From: an uncultured delta proteobacterium
Lineage (GTDB): Bacteria; Myxococcota; Myxococcia; Myxococcales; Anaeromyxobacteraceae
Direction of reading: 5' to 3'
Length of the DNA: 64,000 nt
Assembly (NCBI GenBank): GCA_963828255.1
Contig: CAWHDZ010000011.1
Span: 200,008 to 264,007, forward strand
How positions within the stretch are numbered: position 1 is the first letter of the stretch; every line of letters begins with the position of its first letter. Under the pieces are notes generated by a model that saw nothing but the letters and a program-made list of their open reading frames with translations, did not search any database and was not told the DNA's origin. Of this stretch, positions 1-9,987 are shown one piece after another. The position numbers were made by a program, and so were the translations under genes.

Positions 1-488
1 AGCCCCGCGTCGGCGAGCGGCGAGATCACCCGGTGCTCGCCCGCGGCCCGCTGTCCCGGGCGGTGGTCGCCCCGGTCGTCGGCGTTGAAGCCGTCGAGCA
101 CGGCGACGAGCCCGAGCCGCGCGCAGGACTCTTCGCAGATCCGGTAGAGCTCGCTCTTGCAGAAGTAGCAGCGCTCCGGGGTGTTCTCCCGGTAGCGCGG
201 GTCGTCCACCTCGCGGCTCTCGACCTCGATGTGGCGCGCGCCGATCCGCCTGGCCAGCGCCCGGGCCTCCTCGCGCTCCGCGCCGGGCACGCTGGGCGAA
301 TGGGCGGTGAGCCCGACGGCCCGGTCGCCCAGGACCTCGCGGGCCACGGCGAGCACCAGCGTGGAGTCCACCCCGCCCGAGAACGCGACCAGCACGCCCC
401 CGACGGCGCGCACGGCGTCTCGCATCCCGTCGAAGCGTCCACGGGACCGGTCGCGCAACCGCGCCCGGTCCTCCTGCGTTGCGGTCAT
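1..488 (-). CDS. larE: LarE-family ATP-dependent sulfur transferase (PP-loop), runs off window start
   Basis: Manual translation MTATQEDRARL...VLVAFSGGVDSTLV...ERCYFCKSEL...DGFNADDRGDHRPG; SGGVDS and RCYxCK motifs. Confidence 0.85.
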   Translation of the reverse strand, partial: MTATQEDRARLRDRSRGRFDGMRDAVRAVGGVLVAFSGGVDSTLVLAVAREVLGDRAVGLTAHSPSVPGAEREEARALARRIGARHIEVESREVDDPRYRENTPERCYFCKSELYRICEESCARLGLVAVLDGFNADDRGDHRPGQRAAGEHRVISPLADAG

Positions 489-497
489 GCGCGGATC

Positions 498-1226
498 CTA
501 CCCGCGCCGCCCCTTCGCCGCCTTCTTCACCTTGGCGGGCGCCGCCGCGGGCTTCTTCGCCGGCTTGGCCGCCTTCGCCGGCTTGGCCGCCTTGGCCGCC
601 TTCGCCTTGGGCGGGGGGACGGCCTTCGGGGGCTTGGCTCCGCCCTTGCGCGGGCGCAGCCCTCCGGTGAGCAACGCGAACTCGGCGGGGGTGACGTACT
701 TCATGTCCACGAGCTTCTGGAAGAGCCGCCCGAGGGCCGCGTCGGGCTTCTCCTGGTCGGTCCGGACGACCAGCTCGGCGTGGACCGGAGGCTCGTACGG
801 GTCGTCGATCCCGGCCACGTTGGTGATCTCGTGCGCGAGCGCCTTGCGGTACATGCCCTCGGTGTCGCGGGCGATGAGCGTGTCCATGGGCGCGTCGACG
901 AAGACCTCGACGAAGCGGCGCACCTCCTTGCGCACCGTGTCGCGGGCCTCGCGGAAGGGGGAGAGCGACGCCACCACCACCACGGCGCCGTGCCGGACCA
1001 GCATGCGGGAGATGGTGCCGAAACGTCGGACCGCGGTGTCACGGTCCTCCTTGGTCACGCCCAGGCCGCGGGTGAAGAGCTCGTTCGGCGCGTCGCCGTC
1101 CATCACCTCGGCTGGCCGGCCGGCCGCGACGAAGCGCTTCGAGAGCTGGAGGGCGAGCGTGGACTTGCCCGCTCCCGCCATGCCCGTGAGCCAGATGACG
1201 AACCCCGTCCCGTGCTGCTGATCCAT
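498..1226 (-). CDS. cysC: Adenylyl-sulfate kinase with Lys/Ala/Pro-rich C-terminal tail
   Basis: IWLTGMAGAGKST P-loop, MDGD, GIDDPYEPP; ATG at 1226 with GGAGGGAG RBS. Confidence 0.85.
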   Translation of the reverse strand: MDQQHGTGFVIWLTGMAGAGKSTLALQLSKRFVAAGRPAEVMDGDAPNELFTRGLGVTKEDRDTAVRRFGTISRMLVRHGAVVVVASLSPFREARDTVRKEVRRFVEVFVDAPMDTLIARDTEGMYRKALAHEITNVAGIDDPYEPPVHAELVVRTDQEKPDAALGRLFQKLVDMKYVTPAEFALLTGGLRPRKGGAKPPKAVPPPKAKAAKAAKPAKAAKPAKKPAAAPAKVKKAAKGRRG

Positions 1227-1351
1227 GCTCCCTCCCAGGTTCACTCGGCGCGAATGGCGCAATATACCGGAAGCCCGCGGAAAATGCGTCGGCTCCGATG
1301 GGGGCGATTTCGCTCTGGGTGCGCCCCGCTCGACGCGCCATGCCGGCGGGG

Positions 1352-1762
1352 TCAGAGGTCGGCGACCGGCGAGAAGCCCGAATCAGTCCACCTAAATACC
1401 CGTACTTCCATCACTTTACCTGCATCGAGGCCGAGCACGATCTGATCGGCCCCGGGCAGCGCCGGGCCGTTCCCCACGACCGCGCCGGCGAGATCCGAGG
1501 CCGAGAGCCGCGCCGGACCGTCCACGTGCGAGTGGAAGACGGCCGCGATCCGCCCGCCCTCCCTGCGGAGACGCCGGGAAAGGGCGAGGTGCGCGGCGGG
1601 ATCGGCCTCGAAGGCCTGCCCACCCTCCCGGGCCACGTTCCGGACCGGGACCACCTCGAGCTTCCCGGAGGCTCCCTCCACGACGAAGCCGCAGACCTCG
1701 CTCCGCGGGTCGGCCTCGGCCAGGGAGGAGAGCCGGGTGGCGACGGGCGAATAGTCGGTCAC
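1352..1762 (-). CDS. JAMM/MPN+ (Mov34) metalloprotease
   Basis: EVCG...HSHVDGPARLSASD matches E-xn-HxH-x7-S-x2-D. Confidence 0.9.
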   Translation of the reverse strand: MTDYSPVATRLSSLAEADPRSEVCGFVVEGASGKLEVVPVRNVAREGGQAFEADPAAHLALSRRLRREGGRIAAVFHSHVDGPARLSASDLAGAVVGNGPALPGADQIVLGLDAGKVMEVRVFRWTDSGFSPVADL

Positions 1763-1786
1763 GCTGGGGCCCGGCCCGGGACGCCG

Positions 1787-2488
1787 TCAGGGGGCGAGGC
1801 CGGCGGCGAGCGGCCCGGCGCAGGCGCAGCCCGGCTGCCGCGCCGTGGCCCGCACGAGGGGCGTGCCCCGGAAGACCTCGATGCGGCGCGCCCGCGGCTC
1901 CTGCGACGCCCCTGTGAGGAGGAGGATCAGCTCCAGCGCGGCGAGGGACCCCATCGTCGCCCCTCCCTCGGCGGTGGGTGCGCCCCCCAGCCCGGGCCTG
2001 GTGGCGCAGGAGTAGCAGGGCGACCCGACCGGCACCGACGTCACCGCGCCGCCCTGCCCGTCCACGTCGGCCACCACGTGCGGGAGCTGGAGCAGTCGCG
2101 CCTCGTCGGCGATGGCCCGGGAGACGTCGGGCGACGAGCCGCAGACGAGGAGCGCCGTGGGGCGCGACCCGGGGCGGAAGAGGTCGGCGGTGACGAGGCC
2201 GCTGGCCCAGCGGGCGAACCCGGCCAGCGCCGCGCCCCGTGGACGCCCGAGGTCGTCCGGTCCGAGCGCGAAGCCCGCGCCGGCCTCCGGCTTCACCTCG
2301 TCGGGGTCGTCGAACCAGAGCGTCCCGACCCCCGCCGCGGCCAGGTAGTAGGTGGCCGGCGCCACCGCGAGCCCCCCGCCGGTCACGCGGATGCGGGCCT
2401 CGCGCAGCGCCTCCTGCGCCGCCTCTCCCATTCCCGGGAGCAGGAGCTGCCTCGCGTAGCGCGCCACCTCCGCATCGGTCAGGGCCAT
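1787..2488 (-). CDS. ThiF/MoeB-family protein with degenerate adenylation site
   Basis: N-terminal RYARQLLL, CYSC, C-terminal CAC; GxGxxG and SNLxRQ eroded. Confidence 0.8.
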   Translation of the reverse strand: MALTDAEVARYARQLLLPGMGEAAQEALREARIRVTGGGLAVAPATYYLAAAGVGTLWFDDPDEVKPEAGAGFALGPDDLGRPRGAALAGFARWASGLVTADLFRPGSRPTALLVCGSSPDVSRAIADEARLLQLPHVVADVDGQGGAVTSVPVGSPCYSCATRPGLGGAPTAEGGATMGSLAALELILLLTGASQEPRARRIEVFRGTPLVRATARQPGCACAGPLAAGLAP

Positions 2489-2754
2489 GTCCGTGCCTCC
2501 GCCGGAGCTCCGCGCTCGAGCCACACCCGCCACGTTCCACTTCCCTCCTCGGGCGCCGCCTCGAGCCGGACCACCCGGTGGCCGTCCTCCTCGGCGCTGC
2601 GCGGGACGTTCTCGCGCGGCTCCCCGTCGCGGAGCAGGACCTCGAGGACCTCCCCCTCGGCGATGCGCGAGAGGGCGATGCGGGCCTTCACCCAGGTGAC
2701 CGGGCAGGTGTGGGCCCGGACGTCGAGGCGCGCCGAGGGGACCCGGGCGCTCAT
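2479..2754 (-). CDS. TusA/SirA-family sulfur carrier
   Basis: LDVRAHTCPVTWVKAR...GEVLEVLL; ATGA overlap with the upstream stop. Confidence 0.85.
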   Translation of the reverse strand: MSARVPSARLDVRAHTCPVTWVKARIALSRIAEGEVLEVLLRDGEPRENVPRSAEEDGHRVVRLEAAPEEGSGTWRVWLERGAPAEARTWP

Positions 2755-3458
2755 GCCGGCCCCTGGGTCGAGGCGGCCACGGCGCTGCAGGCCGGGCAGC
2801 CCGCGCGGATGCGGAGGGGCACCAGGCGCGACCGGCCGGAGCGGGCCTCGAAGGCCACGAGCCGACCTGCGTAGGCGCCCCGCTCGCCGGCCAGGAGGCG
2901 CAGGGCCTCGGCCCCCATCAGCGCACCGGCGAATCCGGCCAGGGCCCCCAGCACCCCGGCCTGGGCGCAGGTGGGCACCGTACCCTCGGCCGGCGGCGCC
3001 TCGAAGAGGCAGCGGAGGCAGCCGGTCTTGCCGGGCATGACGGTGAGGAACTGGGCGGTGTAGCGGAGCACGGCGCCGTGGACCAGCGGCCGCCGGGCGG
3101 CGAGCGCCACGTCGTTGGCCAGGAAGCGGGTGGCGAAGTTGTCGGAGGCGTCCACGACCACGTCGCAGCCGCGCACGAGGTCCTCGGCGCAGTCGGGGCC
3201 GAAGCGCAGGTCCCGCCCCTCGACCCTCACCTCGGGATGGAGCAACGAGATGCGCGCCGCCGCGACCGGCGCCTTGCGCTTCCCCAGGTCGGCGTCGCCG
3301 AAGAGGGGCTGCCGGTTCAGGTTGGAGAGCTCGACCTCGTCCTCGTCGAGGAGGACGAGCCTCCCGACCCCTCCCGCGGCGAGCGCCAGCGCGGCCGGGC
3401 CGCCCAGGCCTCCCGCTCCGATGACCAGCACGCTCGCGCCCGACAGCTTCACGGCCAT
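2751..3458 (-). CDS. HesA/MoeB/ThiF E1-like adenylyltransferase
   Basis: GAGGLG, SNLNRQ, DASDNFATR, CLRC, PTCAQAG, CPAC. Confidence 0.9.
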   Translation of the reverse strand: MAVKLSGASVLVIGAGGLGGPAALALAAGGVGRLVLLDEDEVELSNLNRQPLFGDADLGKRKAPVAAARISLLHPEVRVEGRDLRFGPDCAEDLVRGCDVVVDASDNFATRFLANDVALAARRPLVHGAVLRYTAQFLTVMPGKTGCLRCLFEAPPAEGTVPTCAQAGVLGALAGFAGALMGAEALRLLAGERGAYAGRLVAFEARSGRSRLVPLRIRAGCPACSAVAASTQGPA

Positions 3459-3472
3459 CCGGACCTTCTAAC

Positions 3473-3847
3473 CTAGAATGAGAGGACGTGCCCCTGGCCG
3501 GCGGTGCGCCACTGGTCGGGGAGGCTGCGGACCGCGTCCAGGTGCGGGCGGGCCGCATCCGGGTCGATCCCGGCCAGCCGGAGCTCGGTGCCGCAGGCCA
3601 CGACCTCCACCCCCAGGTCGCGCCTCCCGTCCTCGACCATCTGGCGGAGCGAGCCCACCAGCGAGGCCTCCGGCGCCGCCGGGCAGCCCTCGTCGAAGCG
3701 CCCCTCCACCCAGGCGCGCAGCGGCTCCCCGGAGAGGGCGATCGACACCCGGTGGCCGAATGCGGCCGCCGTGAGCGCGACCGAGGCGGCGCGCCGGCGC
3801 GCGTCCCAGCCGGCGCCTCCGAGCAGGATGAGGCAAGGCTTGCCCAT
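3473..3847 (-). CDS. DsrE/DsrF-like protein
   Basis: Small alpha/beta protein with VEVVACGTE; GAGGAGG RBS; heads the sulfur cluster. Confidence 0.6.
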   Translation of the reverse strand: MGKPCLILLGGAGWDARRRAASVALTAAAFGHRVSIALSGEPLRAWVEGRFDEGCPAAPEASLVGSLRQMVEDGRRDLGVEVVACGTELRLAGIDPDAARPHLDAVRSLPDQWRTAGQGHVLSF

Positions 3848-3868
3848 GTCGTCCTCCTCTGCTAGAAA
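3840..3868 (+). promoter_or_regulatory. Putative sigma70 promoter of tRNA-Leu
   Basis: TTGCCC-N17-TAGAAA just upstream of the tRNA. Confidence 0.5.
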
Positions 3869-3884
3869 CCGACCCGCTTTCAAC

Positions 3885-3969
3885 GCCCAGGTGGTGAAAC
3901 TGGTAGACACACCATCTTGAGGGGGTGGCGCCGTAAGGCGTGCGAGTTCGAATCTCGCCCTGGGCACCA
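3885..3969 (+). tRNA. tRNA-Leu(GAG)
   Basis: GCCCAGG/CCTGGGC acceptor stem, anticodon arm CCATC-TTGAGGG-GGTGG, long variable arm, GTTCGAATC, encoded CCA. Confidence 0.97.
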
Positions 3970-3987
3970 GTCATCGCGCCGAAGAGG

Positions 3988-4014
3988 AAGGGACCCGTCG
4001 CCGGGTCCCTTTTT
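3988..4014. terminator. Intrinsic terminator between tRNA-Leu and secG
   Basis: AAGGGACCC-gtcgcc-GGGTCCCTT followed by more T; convergent genes. Confidence 0.8.
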
Positions 4015-4041
4015 CGTTTCCGGGGGCGCGAGGCCCCCAGG

Positions 4042-4398
4042 TCACTTCGCCGGGGCGGGCGCGGGTGCGGCCGGCGCGCCCTGGACGGGCAGCGCGGGAG
4101 CCGACTGCAGCGGGGCCGACTGCACGGGGGCCGGCGCGGTGGGCGCCGGGGCCTCCTTGACCACCGACCCGGAGCGGGTCGAGAGGTAGGAGAGCGAGAG
4201 GGAGGTGAGCATGAAGACCGCCGCCGAGGCGGAGGTCACCTTGCCGAGGAAGGTCTGCGCCCCGCGCCCTCCGAAGACGGCCTGCGTGCTGCCGCCGAAG
4301 GCTCCGCCAAGCCCGCTGCCCTTTCCGGCCTGGAGCAGGATGACGATGACGAGGACGGCCGAGACGATGACGTGGAGGACGATGAGAAAGGTGTTCAA
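4042..4398 (-). CDS. secG: Preprotein translocase subunit SecG
   Basis: [17 protein letters not shown]...FLGKVT; TTG start overlaps tpiA stop. Confidence 0.93.
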   Translation of the reverse strand: MNTFLIVLHVIVSAVLVIVILLQAGKGSGLGGAFGGSTQAVFGGRGAQTFLGKVTSASAAVFMLTSLSLSYLSTRSGSVVKEAPAPTAPAPVQSAPLQSAPALPVQGAPAAPAPAPAK

Positions 4399-5156
4399 CG
4401 GATGGCTCCCTGGATGATCCCTGTGAAGTCTACTGCCTTGAGGCTGGCTCCGCCCACCAGCGCGCCGTCGACGTCGGGCTGCGACAGGAGCTCGGCTGCG
4501 TTGTCGGGCTTGACCGACCCGCCGTAGAGGATGCGGACGGAGTCGGCGACGCCCTGGGCCAGCTCCCGGAGGATGGCGCGGATGGCGGCGTGGACCTCCT
4601 GCGCCTGGGCCGAGGTGGCGGTCTTCCCGGTTCCGATGGCCCAGACCGGCTCGTAGGCCACGGTCAGGCTGCCCACCTGGGCCGGGGTGAGGCCGGAGAG
4701 CGCGGCGCGGACCTGCCGGCCCACCACCTCGAGGGTGCGGCTCGACTCGCGCTCGGGCAGGGTCTCGCCCACGCAGACGACGGGGTGCAGGCCGGCGGCC
4801 AGCGCCGCCCGGGTCTTCTTCTGGACCGCCTCGTCGGTGTCCCCGAAGAACTGGCGCCTCTCGCTGTGGCCGCAGAGGACGTACCGGCACCCGGCGTCGA
4901 CGAGCATGGGGGCGGACACCTCGCCGGTGAAGGCCCCCTGAGACTCCCAGTGAAGGTTCTGCGCCGCGAGCCCGATGCGCGATCCGGCCAGCTCGGCGGC
5001 GACCGCGAAGAGCGCCGTGAACGGCGGCGCCACGGCCACGTCCACGCGGTCGGCCAGCGGCTCGGCGGCCGCGCGGAGCTCGCGCACCAGCGCGCGCGCC
5101 TCGGCGGCGGTGCGGTGCATCTTCCAGTTGCCGCAGACGAACTTCTTCCTGGCCAC
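4395..5156 (-). CDS. tpiA: Triosephosphate isomerase
   Basis: [35 protein letters not shown]. Confidence 0.97.
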   Translation of the reverse strand: MARKKFVCGNWKMHRTAAEARALVRELRAAAEPLADRVDVAVAPPFTALFAVAAELAGSRIGLAAQNLHWESQGAFTGEVSAPMLVDAGCRYVLCGHSERRQFFGDTDEAVQKKTRAALAAGLHPVVCVGETLPERESSRTLEVVGRQVRAALSGLTPAQVGSLTVAYEPVWAIGTGKTATSAQAQEVHAAIRAILRELAQGVADSVRILYGGSVKPDNAAELLSQPDVDGALVGGASLKAVDFTGIIQGAIR

Positions 5157-5158
5157 GT

Positions 5159-6355
5159 TCACTCCTCGAGGATCTTGACGCCGGGGAGCTCGCGCCCCTC
5201 GATGAATTCCAGGCTGGCGCCGCCTCCCGTGGAGACGTGCTTCATCCTGTCCACCAGCCCGGCCTCCTCCACCGCCGCGGCGCTGTCCCCGCCGCCCACC
5301 ACGGTGATGGCCGGCGACTCGGCCATGGCCCGGGCCACTCCGAACGTGCCCTCGGCCCATGGCTTCTGCTCGAAGAGCCCCATGGGGCCGTTCCAGAAGA
5401 CGGTCTTCGCGGCCAGGATGCGCTGCCGGTAGCGGTCCAGCGTCTTCGGGCCGATGTCGAGCCCCATGAGGCCGTCGGGGATGGCCTGGGCGTTCACCAC
5501 GACCCGCTCGGCCGTCTCCTTGGGCTCGGCGCCGCAGACGTGGTCCACCGGGAGCTCGAAGTCCAACCCCTTGGCCTTGGCCTTGTCGAGGATCTGCCGG
5601 GCCAGCTCGAGCTTGTCCTGCTCGACGCGGCTCTTGCCGACCGGTACGCCCTTGGCGGCCAGGAAGGTGTAGGCCATGGCGCCGCCGATGAGCACCGAGT
5701 CGGCCTTGCCGATGAGGTTCTCGAGCACCTTGATCTTGTCGGAGACCTTGGCGCCGCCCAGGATGGCGACGAAGGGGCGCTCCGGCTTCGCGAGCACGCG
5801 GCCGAGGTACTCGACCTCCTTCTGGATCAGGAAGCCTCCCGCCTTCTCCTTGACGAACCTCGCCATGCCCGCGGTGGATGCGTGGGCCCGGTGCGCCGTG
5901 CCGAAGGCGTCGTTCACCCAGACGTCGGCGAGGGACGCGAGCTCGCGGCAGAAGCCCTCGTCGTTTGCCTCCTCGCCCTTGTGGAAGCGGAGGTTCTCGA
6001 GGAGGAGCACCCTGCCCTCGCCGAGGTCCGCGACCGCCTTCTTCACGCCGTCGCCGATGCAGTCGTCGGCCAGGATGACATCGGCGCCGAGCAGCTCGGA
6101 GAGACGCTGCGCCGCCGGCTCGAGCGTGAACTTCGCCTTGTCGGAGGGATTGCCCTTGGGGCGCCCGAGGTGGGAGGCCAGGATGACCCTGGCCTTCTTC
6201 GCGATGGCGTGGCGGATGGTGGGGAGCGCGGCGCGGATGCGGGCGTCGTCGGTGACCCGCCCCTTGTCGTCGAGCGGGACGTTGAAGTCCACGCGGATGA
6301 AGACCCGCTTGCCGGCGAGGTCGAGCTGGTCGATGGTCCGGATCTGGGCCGCCAT
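5159..6355 (-). CDS. pgk: Phosphoglycerate kinase
   Basis: [31 protein letters not shown]. Confidence 0.97.
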   Translation of the reverse strand: MAAQIRTIDQLDLAGKRVFIRVDFNVPLDDKGRVTDDARIRAALPTIRHAIAKKARVILASHLGRPKGNPSDKAKFTLEPAAQRLSELLGADVILADDCIGDGVKKAVADLGEGRVLLLENLRFHKGEEANDEGFCRELASLADVWVNDAFGTAHRAHASTAGMARFVKEKAGGFLIQKEVEYLGRVLAKPERPFVAILGGAKVSDKIKVLENLIGKADSVLIGGAMAYTFLAAKGVPVGKSRVEQDKLELARQILDKAKAKGLDFELPVDHVCGAEPKETAERVVVNAQAIPDGLMGLDIGPKTLDRYRQRILAAKTVFWNGPMGLFEQKPWAEGTFGVARAMAESPAITVVGGGDSAAAVEEAGLVDRMKHVSTGGGASLEFIEGRELPGVKILEE

Positions 6356-6373
6356 GATCTCCCCCGGCCTTCC

Positions 6374-7375
<1,002 letters not shown>

Positions 7376-7424
7376 GACAGGGGCCTCCCTCTCCCGGATT
7401 GCCGGGGATGGTAAATGGGCCGCA

Positions 7425-7453
7425 AAGCTACTCGCGGGGCCACGGGGTGTCAA
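7425..7453 (-). promoter_or_regulatory. sigma70 promoter of gap-pgk-tpiA-secG
   Basis: TTGACA-N17-TAGCTT on the minus strand. Confidence 0.7.
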
Positions 7454-7483
7454 ACGCAAACCCTTGGTAGTTCAGGGCCTTGA

Positions 7484-7519
7484 AAAACGTGAAACGGCGC
7501 CGGGTTCGAGCCGGCGCCG
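7484..7519 (-). terminator. Terminator downstream of the 66-aa ORF
   Basis: CGGCGCCGG/CCGGCGCCG hairpin followed by TTTCACGTTTTT on the minus strand. Confidence 0.6.
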
Positions 7520-7549
7520 CCGTCCTGCGCGGTGGTCGGGAGCGGCCGC

Positions 7550-7750
7550 CTAGGGGGCCAGCGCCTCGGAGGATGCCTCGACGGAGGGCCGGGCGTCTCC
7601 CTGGGCGCGCAGGTCGCGGGTCACGAGGTCGATGAGCTCGGTGGAGAGCCCCAGGATCTGGTTGGCGTTGTAGCCGCTGGCGCGAAGCTCCTTGAAGAGG
7701 GACTTGGCGAGGATCTTGGTTCCCTTGGCGTCGAGCATGGGTGCGAGCAT
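7550..7750 (-). CDS. Small helical hypothetical protein (66 aa)
   Basis: GAGAGGA RBS, non-shadow amphipathic sequence KILAKSLFKELRASGY, own promoter and terminator. Confidence 0.75.
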   Translation of the reverse strand: MLAPMLDAKGTKILAKSLFKELRASGYNANQILGLSTELIDLVTRDLRAQGDARPSVEASSEALAP

Positions 7751-7800
7751 CGGTGTCCTCTCGGGCGGCAGCCGCCCAGTGAACCAGCGATGGATGTCCT

Positions 7801-7817
7801 AGCAACGCCCAGGCCAG
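7801..7817 (-). promoter_or_regulatory. Putative sigma54 (-24/-12) promoter
   Basis: CTGGCCTGGGCGTTGCT, i.e. TGGC-N7-TTGCT, ~50 bp upstream of the 7750 ATG. Confidence 0.6.
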
Positions 7818-7988
7818 CCAGGACAAAGCGGTCACTTTCAGCAATGTCGGGCGCTTGCCAGCGCGACATCTCCCCCTGAGACGCGCCGGTGCGTAGCACC
7901 TTACGCACGGGCCCCCTCCGGGGCGGGAGGCATGCGCGAAGGCTGCTTCGCAGCGCCGACAGCTTCCCGAAGCTAGATAGCCACCCCC

Positions 7989-9581
7989 GTGCGCTACCGC
8001 GTCCCCGGAATCCAGCTCTGGCTCGACGAGCCGGCCGACACGCTCGAGCGGCGCGTGGCCGAGCGGCTGGGCGTGCGACGGGACGACCTGTTGCGCGTCT
8101 CGGTGTCCCGGAGGTCGCTCGACGCACGCCGCAAGGGACATCCACGCTGGGTCATCGACGCGGAGGTGGAGCTCGAGGGCGACCTCCCCGCCCTGCCCAC
8201 CGGGGTGGACCCCATGCCCGAGCCGGAGCCGCCGCCGCGCCCCGTCCGCGCGCCCGACCTCCCGCCGGTCATCCTGGGAGCGGGTCCGGCCGGGCTCTTC
8301 TGCGCCTGGGGACTGCTGGAGCGCGGCGTCCGGTCGGTCGTGGTGGACCGCGGCAAGCAGGTGAGCCCGCGGCGCCGCGACGTGGCCAGCCTGATGCGCG
8401 ACGGCAGTCTCGACCCGGAGTCGAACATGAACTTCGGCGAGGGGGGCGCCGGCGCCTACACCGACGGGAAGCTCTCCACCCGCATCCGCCACCCCGCCGT
8501 GCGCAAGGTGGTCGAGCTCTTCGCACGCTTCGGGAAGGCCGAGGAGATCAAGGTCCAGGGCAAGCCGCACGTCGGCTCGGACGTGCTGCCCGCCGCGGTG
8601 TCGGCCATGCGCGAGGAGCTGGAGCGGGGCGGCTGCGTGTTCTTGTGGAACGCGCGGGCCACCGACGTCGAGGTCGCCCTCGGGCGGGTCCGCGGCCTCG
8701 TGCTCGCCGACGGGCGCACCCTCCCCTGCGACCGGCTGGTGCTCGCACCGGGGAACAGCGCCCGCGAGCTCTACGAGCGCTTCGCGGCCCGCGGCTGGGC
8801 CCTCGAGGCGAAGCCCTTCGCGGTCGGGTTCCGGGTGGAGCACCCGCAGTCGCTCATCGACCGGATCCAGTACGGCCGCGCCGCCGGGGCCGAGGGGCTA
8901 CCCGCCGCCGACTACCGGCTCGCCGAGAACCCCAGCGTGGGCGGGAAGGCCCGCGGCGTCTTCTCGTTCTGCATGTGCCCGGGTGGCGTGGTGGTGCCCA
9001 CCCCCACCGAGCCGGAGATGCAGGTCACGAACGGCATGTCCAACTCCGGGCGCTCCTCCCCGCTCGCCAACGCAGGCCTGGTGGTGGCGGTCTCGCCGGA
9101 CGACTTCGCGACCGAGGGATTCACCGGGCCGCTCGCCGGCCTCGAGTGGCAACGCAAGTGGGAGCGTGCGGCCTACACCCTCGGCGGTGGTGGGTACCGC
9201 GCGCCGGCGCAGCGCCTCTCCGCCTGGCTCTCCGGCCAGCCTGGGCAGCCCCCCGGGAAGAGCTCCTACAGGCCCGGGCTCACCCATGCCGACCTGTCCC
9301 GGCTCTACCCGCCCCAGGTCCACGAGGCGCTTCGGGCCGCGGTCCGGGGCTTCGAGCACCGCATGCGCGGGTTCATCTCGGACGAGGCCCTGCTCATCGG
9401 GATCGAGAGCCGCACCAGCGCTCCCTGCCGCATCCCCAGGGGCGAGGACATGCAGGCGCCCGGGCTCCTGGGGCTCTACCCGGCCGGCGAGGGAGCCGGC
9501 CACGCCGGCGGGATCGTCTCGTCGGCGGTGGACGGCATGAAGGTGGCCGAGGCCATCTGCCGGGAGCTCGGCGAGCCGTAG
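7989..9581 (+). CDS. FAD-dependent oxidoreductase
   Basis: GAGPAG, FGEGGAGAYTDGKL, FCMCPGG, GEGAGHAGGIVSSAVDG. Confidence 0.88.
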   Translation: MRYRVPGIQLWLDEPADTLERRVAERLGVRRDDLLRVSVSRRSLDARRKGHPRWVIDAEVELEGDLPALPTGVDPMPEPEPPPRPVRAPDLPPVILGAGPAGLFCAWGLLERGVRSVVVDRGKQVSPRRRDVASLMRDGSLDPESNMNFGEGGAGAYTDGKLSTRIRHPAVRKVVELFARFGKAEEIKVQGKPHVGSDVLPAAVSAMREELERGGCVFLWNARATDVEVALGRVRGLVLADGRTLPCDRLVLAPGNSARELYERFAARGWALEAKPFAVGFRVEHPQSLIDRIQYGRAAGAEGLPAADYRLAENPSVGGKARGVFSFCMCPGGVVVPTPTEPEMQVTNGMSNSGRSSPLANAGLVVAVSPDDFATEGFTGPLAGLEWQRKWERAAYTLGGGGYRAPAQRLSAWLSGQPGQPPGKSSYRPGLTHADLSRLYPPQVHEALRAAVRGFEHRMRGFISDEALLIGIESRTSAPCRIPRGEDMQAPGLLGLYPAGEGAGHAGGIVSSAVDGMKVAEAICRELGEP

Positions 9582-9608
9582 CGCCGGCCGCCCGGCCAGG
9601 GGCGAGGT

Positions 9609-9971
9609 CTACGTCCCCGCCCTGCCGTAGGCGTCCTCGAGCCGCACCACGTCCTGCACCTCGGGGGTCGAGACCTCGAGGATGTCGCAGTCGGTGATCG
9701 CCACCATGCGGTGCTTCGTGAAGGGCTTCACGTGGTAGCTCTCGCCGGGGCGCATGACGTGCTCGACGAGCCCCTCCCCCTCGTCGAGGACGAGCCGGAG
9801 CTCGCCGCTCCAGAGGTGGATCGTCTCGTCCTTCTTCTCGTGGTACTGCAGCGAGAGCTTCTGGCCGGCCTTCACGTGCAGGAGCTTCCCCACGTAGCGA
9901 TCGGTCTGGGCCCACCAGAGCTCGTGCCCCCAGGGCTTCTCGACGCGCTTCGGCTGGTCGAACTTCTTCAC
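9609..9971 (-). CDS. Cupin-domain protein (mannose-6-P isomerase-like)
   Basis: KPWG, LSLQYHEKKDET, HRM, EVSTP. Confidence 0.85.
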   Translation of the reverse strand: MKKFDQPKRVEKPWGHELWWAQTDRYVGKLLHVKAGQKLSLQYHEKKDETIHLWSGELRLVLDEGEGLVEHVMRPGESYHVKPFTKHRMVAITDCDILEVSTPEVQDVVRLEDAYGRAGT

Positions 9972-9987
9972 GGGGCGGCCTCCTGGC

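Noticed and set aside
3468..3974. ORFs extending across tRNA-Leu
   Set aside because: Their N-terminal parts are tRNA antisense; the real gene starts at 3847 with a strong RBS.
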